A DNA stretch of 64,000 nt. It comes from an uncultured Gemmatimonadales bacterium (lineage in GTDB: Bacteria; Gemmatimonadota; Gemmatimonadetes; Longimicrobiales; Gaopeijiaceae). Position 1 is the stretch's first letter, and the number at the start of each line of letters is the position of its first letter. Position numbers and translations under genes: made by a program. Where the stretch lies: NCBI GenBank assembly GCA_963809895.1, contig CAWELD010000010.1:992001-1056000 (forward strand). Reading direction: 5' to 3'. Below, piece after piece: positions 18,192 through 28,600 of the stretch. The notes beneath the pieces were generated by a model, which was given only the letters and a program-made list of their open reading frames with translations, did not search any database and had not been told where the DNA came from.

Positions 18192-18712
18192 CTACTCGTT
18201 TCCTGATCGCACAGCCAGCTTGGTTCTTTTCAGGCGCGCCAAACCGCGATGCATGGAGGCCTTGATAGTGCCCTCAGCCCGCCCCAACACTCGTGCGGTG
18301 TCCTTGACAGAGAGTCCATCGATGATCCTCAACTGGATCACCCTGCGCTGTAACTCCGGCAGCCCCGCCAACAGCCGAGCGACGTCCGAAGCGTCCGTCA
18401 TCGTTGCGGGGGATATCCTCCCGTGGCCTAACCGGAAGAGTTGATGAAGAAGCTTCTTGCGTCGCGTGCGCTTCCGCCGCGCCGCCATTCCAACACGGTG
18501 GGCGATCCGCACTAGCCAGGCTTTCGGCCTCCGGGGGGGGGGGAGGCCTTCTCAAGCGCAATAACCCAGACTTCCTGAACGAGGTCCCCCACCTCAAGAT
18601 AGCCACCGGCGTACGGGAGGAGGACGCGCCTCAGAGCCTCGCCGTGAGCCCTGGCCCATGCGCTAACTCTGTTCTGGGCGGTGGGAGACGGAGTGGTGGC
18701 AGGAGATGACAC
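18192..18712 (-). pseudogene. ECF sigma-70 factor, frameshifted at a G11/C11 tract (18533-18543)
   Basis: Region 2 (DLVQEVWVIAL) is in one frame; AWLVRIA and region 4 (LPELQRRVIQL..GLSVKDTARVLGRAEGTIKASMHRG) are in another. C12 or C9 restores the frame. Start uncertain. Confidence 0.85.
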
Positions 18713-18862
18713 ATCTTGCGGAGTTGAGCCAGACCGCCCCTCAGCGTCGCATGGCCCAAGCGCATCAAGAGGCCCGGTACTCGATCCCATCGGCGCCACT
18801 CATGTCGCTGAAAGGTGCAAAGCTACCGCCACCTTCGCGCGGCCCTAGGGGGGGAGATTCAC

Positions 18863-18891
18863 AGTCTATCATGAAGTCGGTGATGCTGCAA
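18863..18891 (-). promoter_or_regulatory. Putative sigma70 promoter upstream of the ECF sigma gene
   Basis: TTGCAG-N17-TAGACT with a TGn extended -10. Confidence 0.45.
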
Positions 18892-18958
18892 CCGCGGACC
18901 CGACGGGCAGAATCCCAACACTTCTGACCGACCACATGGGTAACGGCCACAGGATACT

Positions 18959-19485
18959 ATGGAGCTCGAATCCTTGGCACGCTCGCGCAGTTTGCCCGCG
19001 GGTCTCGTGCGCCGCGCCAAGACCGTACTTCTGTGCGCCGACGGGCTGAGTAATGGTGCCGTCGCGGAGGACGGTCTGGAAAGCCACGCACCATCGGCGA
19101 CGACGAGGTCATGGCACTCCTGCAGAAGACGCTGGAGACCGACCCTCCGGACGGCAGTACGCACTGGAGCTGCCGGTCCATGGCCAAGGCCACCGATCTA
19201 TCGAAGTCCACGGTTCAACGCATCTGGTCGGCGTTCAACGTCCAGCCCCATCGGCAGAAGACCTTCAAGCTGTCCACCGATCCGTTCCTTGTCGAAAAGG
19301 TCCACGACATCGTTGCCATCCGCCGCGGGCTCCTTCTCCTCGGTCCAGCAGCTCGTCGACAAGATCCGCCGTTTCACCGACGCTACAATCCCCAGGCCGT
19401 CCCCTTCATGTGGACCGCAACCGCCGACTCCATCATCCAGAAGCTCGAACGACTTTGTCAGGCTATCTCTGGAACAGGACACTAG
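18959..19485 (+). mobile_element. IS630-family remnant, copy 2 (internally deleted)
   Basis: LESLARSRSLPAGLVRRAKTVLLCADG N-terminus; same deletion as copy 1; ends GGAACAGGACAC-TA. Confidence 0.88.
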
Positions 19486-20983
19486 GAGCCTGTCCGAGTA
19501 ATCGTCCCGGGTCGTAATATTCTGCGACCTTGGACGAGGAGACAGGCGGAGTGGCAAAGACGTTCCGAGAGTATAGTCCAGACCAGTTGCTGTTGCTGGC
19601 GCCGTCGCTTCGGGAGTGGCTGCCCGAAGACCATTCGGTCTACTTCGTATCGGACCTGGTGGAGACGCTGGACCTGAGCGCGATCTACGCGAGTTACGAC
19701 GAAGAGCGCGGCTACCCGCCGTATCATCCGCTGCTCATGACGAAGTTGCTGGTCTATGGCTACACGCGAGGGGTGGGGAGTTCGAGGAAGCTGGAGCGGG
19801 CGTGCCTGGAGGCCGTGGACTTCCGGATCCTGGGGCAGGTCAACAGCCGGACCACCGGACGATCTCCGCGTTCCGGGCGCGACATCTGGCGGCGCTGGGC
19901 GGGCTGTTTCAGCAGGTGTTGGAGCTTTGCCGAGCGGCGGGGCTGGTGAAGCTGGGCCACGTGGCCATCGACGGGACGAAGGTCCGGGCGAACGCGAGCA
20001 AACACAAGGCGATGAGCTACGGCCGGATGAAGCAGGAGGAGGCGCGCCAGCGGGAGAAGATCCGGCGGTGGTTCGAGGAGTGCGAGGCGACGGACGCCGC
20101 CGAAGACGCGCTGTACGGAGCGGACAAGACGGGCGACGAACTGCCCGAGGAGCTCCGGGATCCGAAGCGGCGGCTGGAGAAGATCCGCGAAGCGAAAGCG
20201 GCCCTGGAAGCGGAAGCGCGGGCCAAGGGCAGGAAGGAACCGGAGGCGAAGGCCCAGCGCAACTTCACGGATCCGGACAGCCGCATCATGCTGTCGAGCG
20301 ACAAGGCGTTCATCCAGGCCTACAAGTGTCAGGCGGCAGTGGATGCGGGCTCGCAGGTGATCGTGGCGGCCGATGTGATCCAGGCGGCGACGGACCACCG
20401 GCAACTGATGCCGCTGCTGGAGCAGATCGAGGAGCGCTTGGGCGACAAACCCGAGGTGGCAAGCGCGGACGCGGGCTACTGGGTGGAAGAAGAACTGGAG
20501 CGAGTTGAGGCCAAAGGAACCGAAGCGCTGGTGGCGCCGAACAAGATCCGTCACAGCGAGTGGAGAGACGCAGAGCCGCCACGGGGCCGTACCCCGAAGG
20601 GCCTCAGCCGCAAGGAGCTGATGGCTCGTAAGCTGAGGACGAAGCGGGGCCGTGAAGAATACGGAAAACGCAAGACAACGGTCGAACCTGTCTTCGGACA
20701 GCTCAAAGGACCCCTGGACTTCCGGCAGTTCCTCCTGCGAGGCCATCAGAAGGTGAGCGGCGAGTGGATGCTCGTCTGCACCGCCAGCAACATCTTGAAG
20801 CTATTCCGGGCTGGGGCGCTGATTCCGGCCCTCGAAATGGCCTGATGGGGGTGGGAACCGTGCGACCTGCTACCAAATCGCGTTCATGAACCCGCACCCA
20901 CCCTCGAAATCCCGATGAACCAGCCTGATCGACCACCATCACGCCCCGCCACCTGCCCCTGGTCCATTACTCGGACAGGCTCC
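19485..20983 (+). mobile_element. IS1182-family insertion sequence
   Basis: Perfect 18-bp terminal IR GGAGCCTGTCCGAGTAAT / ATTACTCGGACAGGCTCC, with TA outside each end. Confidence 0.92.
19551..20845 (+). CDS. IS1182 transposase, one frameshift near 19832-19835
   Basis: GYPPYHP..M.KLLVYGY, SSRKLE, PDHRTIS, AIDGTK, NFTDPDSRIM, ADAGY, VEPVFG; a G4 run needs to be G5. Confidence 0.9.
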
Positions 20984-23657
20984 TATTCCGCCCGGAGCGA
21001 GATCGCAGGGTCCACCGCGGTGGCGCGCCGGGCGGGCACGTAGCACGCCAGGGCGGCCACTCCCGCCAACAACGCCACCACCGCTGCCAGGGTGGGCGGA
21101 TCGGTGGGCGCGATCCCGTACAGCAGCGCTCCCAGCGTTCCGGCGGCCAGGAGTGCCCCGGCGAGCCCCACCACCAGGCCCACGGCCACCACGAACATCC
21201 CCTGGAAGAGAATCATGCGCAGCACCTGGCGACCGCCGGCGCCCAGCGCCATGCGGATCCCGATCTCCTGCGTGCGCTTGCGCGCGGCCTGGGCCGTGAC
21301 CCCGTAGATACCCACCGCCGCGAGCAGGAGGGCCATGGCCCCGAACGCGCCCATGAGGGTGAGCAGGAACTCCTCGTCGGCCATGGATGCCCGCCAGACG
21401 TCGTGCATGGGCTTCATGTCGGCGATGGGAATCAACGGATCGATCTCGTGCAGCACGGCCCGCACCGTGGGGATGGCGCTGGCTCCGGAGCCCTCGGTCC
21501 CGACTACGTACCACATGGTCCGGGACCAGTCCTGGCGGCGGCTCTCGAAGACCTCGGCGCGCGGGGCCTCCGCGGGGTTCTCCTGGGCCTGATCGCCCAC
21601 GATGCCGATGATCTCGTGCCAGGTGGACTCCGGCGTGGCCTGCCGGTCGTAAGCGATCCGCTGGCCGATGGGGTCCTCGCCGGGAAAGTGCTGCCGCGCG
21701 AACGTCTCGTTCACCACGACCACCAGCGGTGACTCCGGGCCGTCATCGGGACCGAAGAGGCGCCCTCGGATCACCGGTATGTCCAGTGTCGCGAAATATC
21801 CGGGATCGACCTGTCGGTGCAGGATGTCGAACCCGATCCGGTCGGGAGGCCAGCCCTCGGCCTGGAACTGGCTGGACCAGCTCGCACCTGCCAGGGGAAG
21901 CTGGTTGACGATGCCCACGTTCTCGATCCCCGGGCGCGCCTCCAGCCGGCGCTCGAAATCGTCCTGGAAGGCCAGCACCTGATCGCGGTTCTCGTATCGG
22001 GCCGACGGGATCCCGAACTGCAGTGCGAGCACTCCTGAGGTACGGAAGCCGGGGTCCACGCTACGGAGCAGCCAGAAGCTCCGCACCATGAGGCCCGAGC
22101 CCACGACGATGAGCACGGCGAGGGCGACCTCCACGGCCACCAGCGTGCTCACGGTGCGTGTGCCCGTCCGCACCGCGGAGCCGCCGCGGCCCCCGTCCTT
22201 GAGGGCGTCGTGGACCCGCCCCGCCGCCGTGCGCCAGGCCGGGGCGGCGCCGAAGATCAGCCCGCTGAGAACGGCGGTGGCACGCCGTGAACAGCCACCA
22301 CGCGCCAGTCCAGCGTCAGGGTCGTGGCGCCCTCGATGCCCATTGTGCGCTTCGATGCCAGCATCTGGATGCCGAGCCACCCCAACCCCAGCCCGACCAC
22401 GCCACCCACCGAGGCGAGCAGGAGGCCCTCCGTGAGCATCTGGCGCGCGACCCGGGCGCGGCCCGCGCCCAGCGCGAAACGCAGCGCGACCTCGCGGGTG
22501 CGGTCGCTGGCCCGCACCAACATGAGATTGGCCACGTTCGTGCACGCCAGCAGGAGGAGGAGCATGACGGCCCCCATGAGCACGGTGAGGGGCCCGCGCA
22601 CCTCCATGGTGAGGAAGGTGCGCAGGGGCATCATGCCGGCGCCCATGACCTTGTTGGTCTCGGGAAAGTCGGTCTGCAGGCGGCGGACCACGGTCTGGAA
22701 GGCGGCATCGGCCTGGCTGGGGGTCACCCCCGGCGCGAGGCGTGCGATGGGACGCACCCAGTGGGCACGGCGGAACCACACGGCCTGGCGGTTTGCCGGA
22801 TCCCACCCCCAGGGCGTCCAGAACTGGATGCCCGACGGAAAGCGCATGCCCGCCGGCGCAACGCCCACGATCTCGGGTGAGGCCGTGGTCAGGTCCAGCG
22901 TCGTGCCCACGACGTCGGGATCGGCACCGAAGTGGGAGACCCAGAAATCGTGGCTCAGCACGATCACGTTGTCGGCACCGCTCCAGGTCTGCTCCCAGCG
23001 GAACCCGCTGCCGAGCTCCATGGGCACGCCCAGCACCGAGAAGAAGTTGCCCGACACCTGCGCGAAGGAGAGCAGCTCCGGCTCGCCGTCCCGGATGTGC
23101 GTGGCCTGGTTCATGAACTCCGAATAGACGGCCACGTCGGAGAATGCGTCGACCTGATCCCGCCAGTCCAGGACGTTGGCCGGGGCCGCGGTCTCATGGA
23201 CCCACCCGAACTCGGGGTTGCTCTCGTAGAGCATCACGAGCCGGTCGGGATTGCCGAACGGAAGCGGCCGGAACAGGTAGGCGTCAGCGGCGGAGAAGAT
23301 CGCGGTATTGGCGCCGATGCCGAGGGCGAGGACCGCCACCGCGGTGAGAGTGAAGCCGGGATTGCGCCGTAGGGTGCGGATCGCGAAGCGGATGTCCTGT
23401 CGCATGCCCTCCATCATCGTTCTTCCTCCTCCCTGCGCGATCTGCCCATGGCGACCCGGCCCGTCCCGGCCGAGGCGTAGCTTCACGATGGTCCACGCCA
23501 ATCCTCCAACCTCGCGCGCCGCGAAGGCCACCCGCCGCGGGGCGGACCGACCCTCCGGGCGCCGGGCACGGTGGACGTCCAGGACCTCCGGCCCGTACCT
23601 CTCCCTGAACTCGCGGGGAGCCAGGCGGAGCAGGAGGCGGAGGAGGGTGGCGGTCAC
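20983..23657 (-). CDS. ADOP-family permease, copy 3 (frameshift near 22270-22300)
   Basis: LALGIGANTAIFS, LACTNVANL, RTQEIGIRMALGA, PARRATAVDP split across two ORF-track frames; GTGA overlap with padR. Confidence 0.9.
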
Positions 23658-23980
23658 GTCGCTCCTTCGGCCCACAGCTTTCGGGCTCGCGCCGTGGCCA
23701 CGAGCTCGGCAAGGCGGGCGGACTCACGCTCGCCCGCATCCCGCCCCCGCTGGGTGATGCGGTAGTAACGCCTGCGGCGATCTTCGCCGTCGTCGGGGAA
23801 GGGCGCCTCTTCGATGAGGCCGTCGGCCTCCATGCGTTGGAGCGCCAGGTACATGGCGCCGGTGCTGGGGGCGTCTCCGCCGACGCCGCGGGCCTCGATC
23901 TCCTTGAGGATTCCGTAGCCGTGGCGATCCCCGTCGGCCAGGGCCAGGAGGATCTCGTAGGTGAGAGCGGTGAGACTCAT
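23654..23980 (-). CDS. PadR family transcriptional regulator
   Basis: EILLAL..RHGYGI..GAMYLALQRM..RRRYYRIT. Confidence 0.92.
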   Translation of the reverse strand: MSLTALTYEILLALADGDRHGYGILKEIEARGVGGDAPSTGAMYLALQRMEADGLIEEAPFPDDGEDRRRRYYRITQRGRDAGERESARLAELVATARARKLWAEGAT

Positions 23981-24001
23981 GGCATGTAGCTCAGTGGATA
24001 A

Positions 24002-24021
24002 TGTATTTACGATAAATATAG
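24002..24021. promoter_or_regulatory. Candidate PadR operator
   Basis: TGTATTT-ACGAT-AAATATA, an AT-rich palindrome just upstream of padR. Confidence 0.45.
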
Positions 24022-24107
24022 ATAGGCCGATGGGCCGCTGTGCGCAACGGGATGGGTAGGGCCAATTGGACGGCGCGGCGGGGTTGGGCCGGCCGTGTGC
24101 GAGGCGG

Positions 24108-25628
24108 TCAGCGCGCGGTCGCCGCCAGGCCGCGTTCGGCCGCCGGACGGCCCGGAGTGCGCTCCAGCGCGGCTCGGAAGACCTCCGCCGCGGCGGCCAC
24201 CTGTCCTTCCTCGAGGAGGACCTCGCCCAGGAGCTCGTGGGCCGGCTTCGGCAGCGGAGGAGGCCCGAACTCGAAGGGAAGCGCCGCTTCGCTGTCGGCA
24301 GCGGCCCGCAGGAGCCGAATCGCGTCCGCGCCGCGGCCCTCGGCGGACGCCACCAGTGCCCTCATCTCCGAGACCATGAGGCGCGGCCATGCCGAGGTCC
24401 GGTCGCCGGCGGGGAGGCGTCCGGACCAGGTATCCACGAAGGCGTGGCCCGCCGTGACGTCACCGCGGCGCACGGCGACCCAGGCGTCGGTCCAGGCCCA
24501 TACCGGACCGACCTTTCCTTCATCGGCCCATGCGGGGGCCGGGTCCGCGGACACACGATCCGCGTCCACGTCGGCGCCGTCCACCACCTGGCGCGCCCGC
24601 ATCATGGCGTACCCGGGCCGCGCCGACCGGTCCGTCGCCGCCAGCGCGGCGCAGTCGCTCAGCGCGTCGCGGGCATCGTCCAGCCGGCCCTGCATGAGAT
24701 AGCCGTAGTGCAGCCAGCTCGCGTAGTGGCCGCAGGCATTGGGCGGAAGGCCCTGCTCGGCGCGGGCCGAGTCCTGCACGCGGCGCGCCCTGACATTGGC
24801 CGTCACCACCTCGCTCCACATGCCCAGCGCCACGAAGATGTGCGAGGTCATGTGCTGGGCGTGGGCCGCCCGGGGCGCGATGCTCGAGTAGGCCCGGGCT
24901 GCGGGCAACGCCCGGCGGGCGTGCAGGGGGTCGTCCCAGGCGTGAATCAGGTAGTGGGCGGCGCCCGGATGGTCGGGATTACGCTCGAAGACGGGCTCCA
25001 CCTCGGCGGCGGCGCGCCCGTAGATGTCGAAGTCACGACCCTGATGGGCGCTGCCCAAAAGGGCCAGGGCGTGGAAGAGCGTCGCCTCGTCGTCGTCGGG
25101 ATAGGCCTGGTGGAGGCGCTCCATGGCCCCCAGATAGGCCAGATCCCGGTCGTCCTTGGCGCCGGTGCCCTCGTACAGTGCGTCCACCGCGGCCACATAC
25201 ATGCGCTCGCGGTCGGTGGGGGCACGGGCCTCCCGCTCTTCCGGGGTCGGCCCCAGCCGCGTCAGCACCCGGCGCGCCGCGGCCGGATCCTGCTCCATCC
25301 AGACCGGGTGATTGTAGGTCATGGCCTCGCCCCAGTAGGCCATCACCATGTCCGGATCGGCCTCCCGGGCAGCGCGGAAGGCCTGGGCGGCATCCTCGTA
25401 CTCGAAGCTGTGCAGAAGAAGGACGCCCCGGTGGAAGTCCGCCCGTGCCTCCGGGGTTCCGGTGACCGGGAAGGTGAGGGTGCCCAGGCCCTCGACGTGC
25501 ACGGGCGACGCCGAGTCCGCGGGCCCGCCGCCGGGATCCCCGCCGCACCCGTTCGTCGCAAGGACCAGCAGCGTGGCGAGAGCCGGGGCGAGCCGCCCGA
25601 TCCCGGAGCTCCCGCCCGTCCGACGCAT
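24108..25628 (-). CDS. TPR-repeat putative lipoprotein
   Basis: LATNGC lipobox-like; FHRGVLLLHSFEY..MAYWGEAM, HPGAAHYLIHAWD, HAQHMTSHIF. Confidence 0.75.
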   Translation of the reverse strand: MRRTGGSSGIGRLAPALATLLVLATNGCGGDPGGGPADSASPVHVEGLGTLTFPVTGTPEARADFHRGVLLLHSFEYEDAAQAFRAAREADPDMVMAYWGEAMTYNHPVWMEQDPAAARRVLTRLGPTPEEREARAPTDRERMYVAAVDALYEGTGAKDDRDLAYLGAMERLHQAYPDDDEATLFHALALLGSAHQGRDFDIYGRAAAEVEPVFERNPDHPGAAHYLIHAWDDPLHARRALPAARAYSSIAPRAAHAQHMTSHIFVALGMWSEVVTANVRARRVQDSARAEQGLPPNACGHYASWLHYGYLMQGRLDDARDALSDCAALAATDRSARPGYAMMRARQVVDGADVDADRVSADPAPAWADEGKVGPVWAWTDAWVAVRRGDVTAGHAFVDTWSGRLPAGDRTSAWPRLMVSEMRALVASAEGRGADAIRLLRAAADSEAALPFEFGPPPLPKPAHELLGEVLLEEGQVAAAAEVFRAALERTPGRPAAERGLAATAR

Positions 25629-25635
25629 CACCGCC

Positions 25636-28600
25636 TCACCGGTCCGAGATGATGGGTGGCAGCGCACGGTCCCGGAGCACCGCGTTGAGCGCCGCCAGAT
25701 CGGTGGACAGGAGCGTCTGCATGTCGGTCGTCGCCTCCTGGAGCCGGCCCTGCAGGATGCCGTGCACCTCCACCTGCTGATCGGTGGGCGGGAAGTCCGA
25801 GCCGTTGGCCGACAGGTCGCTGGCCAGCGCGCTCAGCCGCCCGTAGAGGCGCATGGGGTTGCGGAAGGCGTCTTCCCGGGCGCCGCTGAGCGCCAGGTCG
25901 AAGAGCCGGCCCTCGACGTCCAGGAGCTTGGTGCGGAACTCGCCGGCGGCCGCCACGACCTCGTCGCCGTCGTCTTCGTCGGCGAAGCGTGCCTGCACGT
26001 CCTCGATCTGCTCCCGGATCCACTCGAGGCGGTTGATCATGGTAGCCGTGCGGTCCAACTCGTCGCGCATTTCCAGGAGCTCGTCCACCTGGGCGCGGAT
26101 GTCGGCCACGGTGCCCGACGAATCGGGATCCTTGAGCACGGTCAGGGTGGTCTCCCGGGTCTGGTCGCCCACCGTGAGCCGCACGGTGTAGTCGCCGGGC
26201 ACCGCCCTCGGGCCGACCTGACCTCCGGTGAGGTCCAGGTCCCAGGTGCGCAGCCGGCGGGTGCCGTCGGGTCCCATCTGGATCCAGGGCATCTCCGGGG
26301 GCGGCGTGCGCAGCTGCGGACGGGTGGGAGGCTCGTGGCGAAGGTCCCAGGTGAGGCGGTTCATGCCCGCCTGGGCCGGACCTCGAAGCGAGCGCACCAC
26401 GGTCCCCGAGGCGTCCAGGATCTCCACCGTGGCTCGCCCACCGCCGCCTCCCGCCATCCACCAGTCGAGGTCGGCGCCGTACGACGGGTTGCGTCCCTGT
26501 ACCTGGCTCGTGGCCGTGGAATAGCGGCCCGTGCGGTCGGCGAAGCGATAGGCGGGACGGGGATCGAAGAGATGGAGGTCTTCCGCCAGGGTGGGCGCGT
26601 CCAGAGCCCGGAGCGGGGTGATGTCGTCCATGACCCAGATTCCCCGTCCGTAGGTCGCCACCACCAGGTCGTTGAAGTGGGGCTGCACCGTGAGCCAGTA
26701 GACCGGCGCGTGGGGCATCCCTCCCTGCAGCGCGAACCAGTGGGCGCCGTCGTCCAGCGTGGCCCACACGCCGTTGTCGGTGCCCGCGAAGAGCATCCCT
26801 TCGCGCACGGGATCCTCGCGCACCACGTGCACGAAGCTGAACACGGAGCGCTCGATGCCGGCGTCGACCCGCTGCCACGACTCGCCGAAGTCGGTGGTCT
26901 TGTAGACGTAGGGCTGGAAGTCGGCGAGCTGGTGGCGATCGACGGCCGCGTAGGCGGTGCCGGCGGCGTAGTGTGAAGGCTCGATGTTGCTGAACTGCCC
27001 ATCGGGCGGAAGGCCCGCCAGGTTCGCCGACACGTTGGTCCAGCTCTCGCCCCCGTCGCGGGTCACGTGGATCTGGCCGTCGTTGCTCCCGGCCCAGATC
27101 ACCCCGGCCTGCACCGGCGACTCGGCGATGGCGTACAGCACCGAGCCGTCGAAGGTGTAGAGGTTGTCGACGGTCTTGCCGCCGGAATCCTGCTGGCGCG
27201 CCTCGTCGTCCAGCGTCAGGTCCGGCGAGATGATCTCCCAGCTCTGACCGCCGTCGTCGGTCCGGTGCACGTACTGCGATCCCACGAAGACCACCCCCGG
27301 ATCGTGGGGGGAGAGGGCGATGGGGAAGGTCCAGTGCCAGCGGAAGCGCACGTCCTTGGGCGTCCACCCGTAGCTGGCCTCGGGCCACACGCGCACGTTG
27401 CGCACGTGCCCCGTGGCCGGATCGTAGACCTCCAGCCCGCCGTCGTAGCATCCGGACCAGACGATGTTGCCGTGCACGGTGTCGGGTACGGCGAACCCGC
27501 TCTCGCAGCCCCCGACCCCGATCCAGTCCCCGTCGGAGATGCCGCCGGCGACGGTGTTGGACGGACCCTTGTAGGAGTATCCGTCCTGACGGTTGCCGTA
27601 CACGTTGTACGGGATCTCGTTGTCGGTGTGGACGTGGTACATCTGTGCGATGGGAAGCGCGATCCGCAGAAAGCTCTCTCCGTGGTCCAGGGTCAGGGTG
27701 GCACCGCCGTCGTCGGCCACCATGAAGCGCTTCGCGTTCGTGGGATCGATCCACACGTCGTGGGTGTCGCCGCCGCCCCGCGGGGGATCGCTCGCCAGCG
27801 TCTCCCCGCCGTCGCGGCTCATGCCGAAACGCACACTGGCGAAGTAGATCCGGTCCGGGTCGGACGGGTCCACGGCGATGCGGGTGTAGTAGCTCGCCCG
27901 CTCCGCCATGTCGTGGTTGCGGTTCACCAGTCGCCAGCGCCGCCCGCCATCGTCGGAGCGGTAGAGCGAGGGATGGTCGTCCTCGATGAGCGCGTACACC
28001 CGGTCCGGGTCCGAGGGCGCCACGGCCACGGATACCTTGCCTACCGCATGGTCCGCAGCCGGCAGGCCGCCGCCCAGCTTCGTCCAGGTGTCGCCGCCGT
28101 CGCGGCTCACGTACACGCCTCCGCCGGTTCCGCCGCTCCCCAGCTTCCAGGGCTTGATCTCCAGCGACCACATCCCCGCGAACAGCACGTCGGGGTCGTT
28201 GGGGTCGATGTCCAGGTCGGCGCAGCCCGTGTCCTCGTCCACGAACAGCACCTGCTCCCAGGTCTTGCCGCCGTCGGTGGTGCGGTAGACGCCTCGCTCC
28301 TGCTGGGGTCCGTAGGCGTGTCCCAGGGCACAGGCGAAGACGATGTCGTGGTTCCGCGGATGCACCTCGACCCGCCCGATGCGGCCGGTGAGCTCCAGCC
28401 CCATGTGCCGCCAGGTCCGTCCGGCGTCGGTGGACTTGTAGATGCCGTTGCCCATGGCCACCGCCGGGCGGATGAGGAAGGTCTCGCCGGTGCCGGCCCA
28501 CACCTCGTTGGGAGCGGTGGGCGCCAACGCCAGGCTCCCCACCGACTGCACGTCGAAGTCGTCGAAGACCGGGCGCCAGTCCACGCCGCCGTTCTCGGTC

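Larger units (their letters stand above)
15654..20983. mobile_element. Composite insertion: delta-IS630 / cargo / delta-IS630 / IS1182
   Basis: Flanked by (C)TA on both sides (15651-15653, 20983-20985); removing it rejoins the ADOP3 stop codon to the met promoter region; cargo is visibly lower in GC. Confidence 0.75.

Noticed and set aside
19825..19845. Programmed frameshift in the IS1182 transposase
   Set aside because: IS1182 normally has a single ORF; the break is a G4 versus G5 indel.
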